From the human T2T-CHM13v2.0 reference genome, Homo sapiens: DNA of 64,000 bases. A program made the position numbers and the translations under genes. Below the pieces are notes generated by a model. That model worked only from the letters and a program-made list of their open reading frames with translations, did not search any database and was not told the DNA's origin. The DNA lies in NCBI RefSeq assembly GCF_009914755.1, contig NC_060928.1, one strand, 5' to 3'. Below, piece after piece: positions 57,326 through 64,000 of this stretch; position 1 is the first letter of the stretch, and every line of letters begins with the position of its first letter.

Positions 57326-59735
57326 TCAAGACACATTTTTAACCTTTTTAGGGGAGTTCAGGATAGCTTTTTATCTAGAGCTCACATGACACCATTAGAG
57401 AATCATTAATATTTTGTAGACTCGAGTTGAAACCTTGTGTATTAAGAGCTCTTTTCATTTTGGGCTGGTGGGAATGTGAATGATCTTTGATCCTGTATAA
57501 TTTACAGGGATTATTCTACTTGATATATAAATTCCAGGGATTGTTCTATGTCTGGTACTGAGGTCCATGAACTCAGTACTCAGCTGTAGATTTGAGGGAA
57601 ACACTGCATGTCTCCACAGTTCTCTCTTTGCCTCCCACTGTTTGGTCTCTGGCCTGTGAATTCTAGCCCTCTTGATTTCCCTGAGCTCTGAAGTCCCTCA
57701 ACTAAGAAATACGGCCAGCATCTATTTAAGTTTCCTTGTGTTTTTTTCCTAGAAATTGCCTTTGGTCGGTAAGATGGAGCAATCATATGGTTCCACTTGC
57801 GTGTTATTTTTCTCTCAGTTCTCAATGCCATGCCTTGTGTGTGATCCAAAATACGAGAATATTTACGTCATGTATTTTATGTATTTTTTTTTTAATTCTT
57901 TAAGGTGGAAGAGTAAACTTGGTCCCTGACACTTTATCATGATAAGAGGTGGTAAGTTCAGGAAAACTTATAATTGGCAAATGGTATATGGGAAAGGTAG
58001 AGACTGATTTCAAAATGTTTAGGAAGAAAAATCAATACAAATCGATTGTTTAATCTGACATAGGCTGTGAGAGTGGGAAAACAACCTAGAACAACCAACT
58101 TGTTACACTTTTCATGGTCAAGATTCTTGTCCCTTTAACTCTCTCTGTTTCCTATCGCCCAGTAGTCTATTTATTCTCTAGTTTTTATTTGACATGGATG
58201 TATAAATGCATTCCACTAATTATTTATTTTACATGTAAGTCTGCCCTCCAACATGCACCTCTAGGCCACAATTATATCTAATCAACCTTTGAATATATTT
58301 TGATATATTAATATTATAGGCTATTTTCACTGTATTTTGTAATAGGAAAAAATATCCAGTGAGACAACATACTGACCATATTAATGAACCAGGACATTTT
58401 ATGTGATAGAAAAATCTCCTACTGTTCTCAATCATCTTCAATATATACATTTCAGAATAAATTTATATTGTTGGGGTGAATTCTGAATATACAAAATAGT
58501 CATTTATTGATTTGGGTATGAAACTGTTATTTGGAATCAAATATTGAGACCTACTGATATTGAAATAAGGAGGACCTTATCTTGTTCTACAAATATAAGT
58601 TAAAATTTAAAAGATGCCTTCTATCTATTTAAATAATTGCATTTTGGGATGCCACTATAGGGATACAAAAGAAGCAGAAACAGAAACACATAGAGGAAAA
58701 ATAATTTTTAATAGATTTATAAAACATTTTTCTCAGTATAAAAATCTTCCTGAAACTGGAATATCACTCTCCCAAATTCTGTTCTCCAAGGATGAAATAA
58801 ATTCCAAGTGGGACTAAGATATGAAAATACAGTGGTGAATGGTTATTTATTATGAATCAACAAATGTTGATTTGTATTTGTAACAAAAGTTGTTTGTTTT
58901 CAAATTTAATTAATCTTAGAACATTAGTGTCTGATTTTATATTGTACTCTAAATTCATATTTAAATCTTATTCTTCATAAAGAATGATTAGGTAGGGAAC
59001 AAATATGAGCTTTGCCTCCCAACTTCAAATTCTTGATCTTCTCACGCATATATTTAAAAAATGTTAAGTTTTTGTTTCAGGTTAACAAATAGATGGAATG
59101 GCATCTTATTCAGTGATAATATGTGAGTGTTTTATTGCTAAGGAAATGGAATGCTACCCTGGTTGCCTTCCAAAACCCCAAATTTGGGACCACTTACCAT
59201 GTCCAGTACTGACAAGGTAGAAAATAAGAACACTTGGACTTAGCAACAAGGAAAAAGTAAAAATAAAAATAAAAAACTCTAGTACTGGTATAGTACTCTA
59301 ATGAGCTGCAGAACTCCATGCTGACTTCAGGTGCCACCAGAATTAGAAACTAGATATTGCTTACCTCTGTTTAAAAAAAATAAATAACTGAAGACTGCCT
59401 GCAACTAAATATGCTTAACTTTCAACCTTCTCTGTAATAAATAGAAAAAGTATCAATTATGCATAACTAGGTAATACAATAATGATTTTGAGATATGGCT
59501 TGCTCATGTTAGCATTTACTGAATTGATTATATTATTTACATTTTTGGATAAATTTTCATTGCCATATAAATTATCAAAGTAAACAACATACAAAAGGTT
59601 TCTAAACTTAAAGATAATAAACTGTTAGAACTTGAAGAACTAGCACACTGCTCATTCACTACACTTTTTATGTGAAAAACATGTATGTGAAAACATAAAT
59701 TGAATATAGATTACTTACATGTGAATAGAGAGAAT

Positions 59736-60089
59736 TGTTACAGATTGCAGGTATGTGTTCTTCCACATTTAATATGTTGAAATCCTAACCCCCAGTAGAA
59801 TGGAATTAGGACGGAGATCTTTTGGGAGGTAACTAGGTCATGAGGGTGGAGCCTTTACAATGAGATTAGTGCCCTTATAAAAAATACTATTAGAACAAGT
59901 AAGGGAATACTTGTTTCTGATTTCTTCTCTCCATCCTGTGAAGATACAATGAGTATCTGCGGAGAAAGAACAGAGCCCTCACCTGACACTGAATCTGCCA
60001 ACACTTTGATCTTGAACTTCCCAGCTCCCAATGCTGTGAGAAATAAATCTTTGTGAAGTCACACATAGCAGCCCGAACAGCTGAATACA
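59736..60089 (+). mobile_element. MaLR solo LTR (MLT1A/MSTD-like)
   Basis: atatgttgaaatcctaacccccag, ggtcatgagggtggagcc, atagcagcccgaacag.tgaataca; TSD agaat/ataat. Confidence 0.82.
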
Positions 60090-60831
60090 ATAATTATTGA
60101 TTTTGAGATAAACGTATATGTCTATATATGTCTGTATGTATGTATATAAATGTGTTTATGTATTGATATCACACATTTATTCACACTATGACTTGGATAC
60201 CCTGCAACAATGTAGCTTTTTCATTTTGTCTATAACTATTGTAGATGTCCTTACCTTCCATATATAGAAAGAATAATCTCACAATCTCATCAACTAACAT
60301 TAGGCTGACAATAATAACATAAATAGTGACTTTAAGTAATGTTCAGCCTCTCTAACTAAAAATGCTTGATCCTTAAAAGTTCTCCTCATATCCTGCACCT
60401 ATCTAAGATAGTTCCTTTGCATCTGGTGTTTGGGTGAGGCTCTGTAACTTGGTGGTGTTTGAGAAGAGTGCTTAGATCCTCTGTGGCGTTTTCTTGTTTC
60501 GCTAATCTTTAAGGTAACATTCCTTATTCAGCAGCTCACTATGTTTTTCTAGCATTTGATGATTTAGTTAGGAGGTGATATGATCATGTCTTGTTTAGAT
60601 TTGTCAGAGCCCATGGTTTCTAATTCACCCACTCTCATTTACGAGGTAGTTGGCTTCAGGGACTCTATTATATCTGCTAGTGACTCACATTGGTGCAGAA
60701 GGTTGCTCAGGAAAACTGAATATCTCTGTGACCATGCTGAACTTTCCAGCTTATTTGGAATGACCTCATACTGGCCCATCCAGAGAAACGTTCATCCCAG
60801 TTATAACACATTCCACAGCTGCATATTTTTA

Positions 60832-61122
<291 letters not shown>

Positions 61123-61406
61123 AATTATGTTTTTGCATAAATTTTTACTGCCATAAATTATCATTTTACTCTGATTTAATAATTTAATAATTTTAATGAT
61201 TAAATTTAGAATTTGTTGTACTATTTTAAAGTTTCATAATACCCCTCTCTCTTTCTAATTATTAAATATGTAATGGAATGTACATTAAACTTTCCAGATA
61301 ATGTAATGTGTGAAACTTTTAGCACTGTCCCCATAATGTAATGCCTCATCACATAAAGCAACAGTAGTCATAGTCTACACTAGGGAGAAAATTCTATTAT
61401 TACAGT

Positions 61407-61990
61407 TGTACTCATTTTCTAATGTTCTGTAACAAATTACTGCAACTTAGAACCATAACATAATACCCATCTATTATCTCACAGTACTGTAGGTCCAGGC
61501 ATGGCATGGTTCATTTCTTTCATTAGAGTTTCAAAAGGCTAGAATCAAAGTGGCAGAGGGCCTGTGTTCTCATCTGCAGCTCAAGGTCTGCTTCCCAGTT
61601 CACATAGTTTGGTAGGTTTCAGTTCTTTGCAATTGTAAGATTGAAGTTTCTGCAGCTGTAAGACAGTTTTCAACTGTCAGTCGGAGGATGTTCTGATCTT
61701 CTTGAAGTTGCCTATGTTCCTTATCATATGACCTTCTTCATCTTCAGAACCAGCCTAGGAAAATACCCTTCATGTTGATCTTCTTTCATGCTTCAAATCT
61801 CTGCTAAGCAGAGCTCAGTCAGTTTGAAGGACGCATCTGATTAGGTCAGGTCCACTCAAGAGAATATTCTTTCCTTAAGTCAACTGTGTTAAAATAACCT
61901 AATCAAAGGGCTGACTATGCCATTATATATAGTTCATAACCACACTCAAGATACAATGGTAACTGAGGGTCATTACAGAATTATACTCTG
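61407..61990 (-). mobile_element. MaLR LTR (MLT1E-G-like)
   Basis: tgtaacaaattactgcaacttag, tattatctcacagtactgtaggtc, tgattaggtcaggtccactcaag motifs. Confidence 0.7.
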
Positions 61991-63370
61991 ATAGTCAATC
62001 ATCATGACCTTTAATGTGTTTAAACAAAAGTTAAAGTAATTTAGGAAATAGATTTTCCTCTCTTAAGAATGGCTGTTTTTCCAATCTATAATCTTGTTGC
62101 CTGATCTGATTTTTAATATCAGAAGCTGAATATTAGTAACTTTATTATTTTTTTCTGATGTAGTGTTTGTATTTGTTTTTTTCTTTAACTTCTTCTCTCC
62201 CAAAATATCTACATGGGTTACTCCCTCACTTTATTCTGGTATCTGATCAATTTCCATCTTATCAGAAATATTCTTTTTCATTTCATATTAACAGCATCTT
62301 GAACTCAATTCTATATTTCTAATTTTCAAAAAATATATACCGTTTACATGTTATATAATTTATTTTATATGTATTTGTTTATGTCCTGTATTTCCTATTG
62401 AGAGAAAATGGCTTGTTTGTTTAATTGCTTGGTATCTCAAGTGCGGAAAAGTTTCTGGCACATAATAAGGTGTAATAAACATCTATTCTTCCTGTTGCTT
62501 TATGATGTCATGTATTAGAATTAAAACACTTTCTATTTTTTTCTTCACATGGATTAAGATTGTGTTTACTTTTTCAAAAAGCAATGTTGAGATTTTTACA
62601 CTAAAACCAATGTTTAAGAAACAGAAAAATGTGTCTTTTAGCAACCAACAAGAAATTTTAGACAATTGATACAATGAGAAATAAGACTATTTACCAAAAA
62701 GATGATAGTTATCTTCTTAAAACAGCTTTGCTAATTAGTCTGTAGAATATAACTCAATCATTTCATTGATTTCTCCAAATAGTTAATAATTATATTAACT
62801 ATTTTGCATTTATGAAATGGAACAAATTATGTGTGTGTTTTTTAATGAAACATAATTACTTAAATAATTAAACAATTCATTATTTAATAATGTTAAATCT
62901 TTGAAATCTATTGACAATACACAAAAGAAATTAAAGCCAGGTATGGCATTTTCATTTAGAAAATATAGTGCAACTTTGAATAAAACTCCTTTCTTAGGAA
63001 AATTGAGAACACCATAATTATGTTGCAAAATGATTAAATGAAGCAAAGAGATTTAGGTACTAGTTAATTCCTTTAGAAAATAGGTTTGTTTGTAAAACAA
63101 TCTATTACACATTTATAACCCAATCCCCACCCAAAAGTGCTCTATGTATATTTCCAGATAATAGTTTTCTTCCCGAACATTTTACCATGCCTTTTATAAT
63201 CATTTATATATTAATGTAATAAATCATTTTAAAAATATAAAGAAGATTTAAACAATGAGTAATGGATTACCAATCCTCTTTAGAAATTTAGCACAAATTT
63301 AGTCTTGGTAATTTATCATGGTTTTCCTAAAAGTGAAATAGGTGGGAAGTCCATTATCAGTACCAAAATA

Positions 63371-63800
63371 TGTATTAGTGTATTAATTAGGATTAAGAGA
63401 GGTAGAAAGAGAGGGAAAGAGTAAAAGAGAGAGGTGAAGAGAGAAAGAGATTTTTAGGAATTGGCTTACATGATTATGGTGACTTGGTAAGTTCAAAATC
63501 TGCAGATCAGGTAAGGAAGCTGGAGACTCAGAGAAAAGTTCCAGTTTGCAGCCAAAGGAAATCTACTGGGAGAATTCCTTCTTGTTCAGGGAAGTCAGTC
63601 TTTGTACTATTAGGAACTTCAACTGATTAGATGAGGCTCACTCACAGAAGAGAGTACCAAAACTGCTTTACTAAAAGTCCATCAATATAAATATCAACCT
63701 CATCCCCAAAACTCCTTCACAGAATTATCCAGAATAATGTTTGGCCAAATAGCTATGTATCATGGCCCAACCAAGTTGACATGTAAAATTAACTGTCACA
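63371..63800 (-). mobile_element. MLT2D-like ERVL solo LTR
   Basis: aggaattggcttacatgattatgg...ggcccaaccaagttgacatgtaaaattaactgtcaca. Confidence 0.82.
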
Positions 63801-64000
63801 GGGATCATCAAATATTAATAAAGGAATTGTAGTCAAAGTAGTTAAGCACATACAGGCAGTTAGTGGAGAAGCTGTGTTTAGAACCCAAGCCAGCTGTTCT
63901 TTCTTCCCCCAGGAGAGTGGAATTTCACTACACCTTCCTCTTCCTAAACATGGCACAGATATTACATTAAAGAAATGGGGAAATCTATGATTTCTTATTT

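Noticed and set aside
59081-59122. Possible 42 bp exon (tttgtttcag|...at|gtgagt)
   Set aside because: Peptide unrecognisable and no partner exons; needs RNA-seq.

Overview
AT-rich, CpG-poor primate DNA, probably human or another great ape (it carries AluY and an L1PA2-type insertion). I see no CpG island and no supportable protein-coding gene; the ORF-track hits come from repeats, microsatellites or pseudogenes. The window is a gene-desert or deep-intron mosaic of LINE-1s of many ages, Alus, MaLR/ERVL solo LTRs, MIR/L2 relics and two processed pseudogenes. One is RPS3A-derived (split by an Alu). The other is cathepsin B-derived, nested in a ~10 kb L1MA and itself hit by a twin-primed L1. I find no evidence of a new multi-gene system. 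The best leads are structural: (1) a ~700 bp, ~95% identical inverted duplication around a 753 bp spacer, where an old L1 is cut off; (2) a ~305 bp unrecognised leader joined at what I recall as the CTSB first-coding-exon boundary; (3) a MIR-derived 42 bp-stem hairpin; (4) an L1PA2 3' transduction; (5) several smaller fold-back/template-switch scars. Repeat subfamily calls are from recalled consensus sequences and need RepeatMasker/Dfam confirmation.
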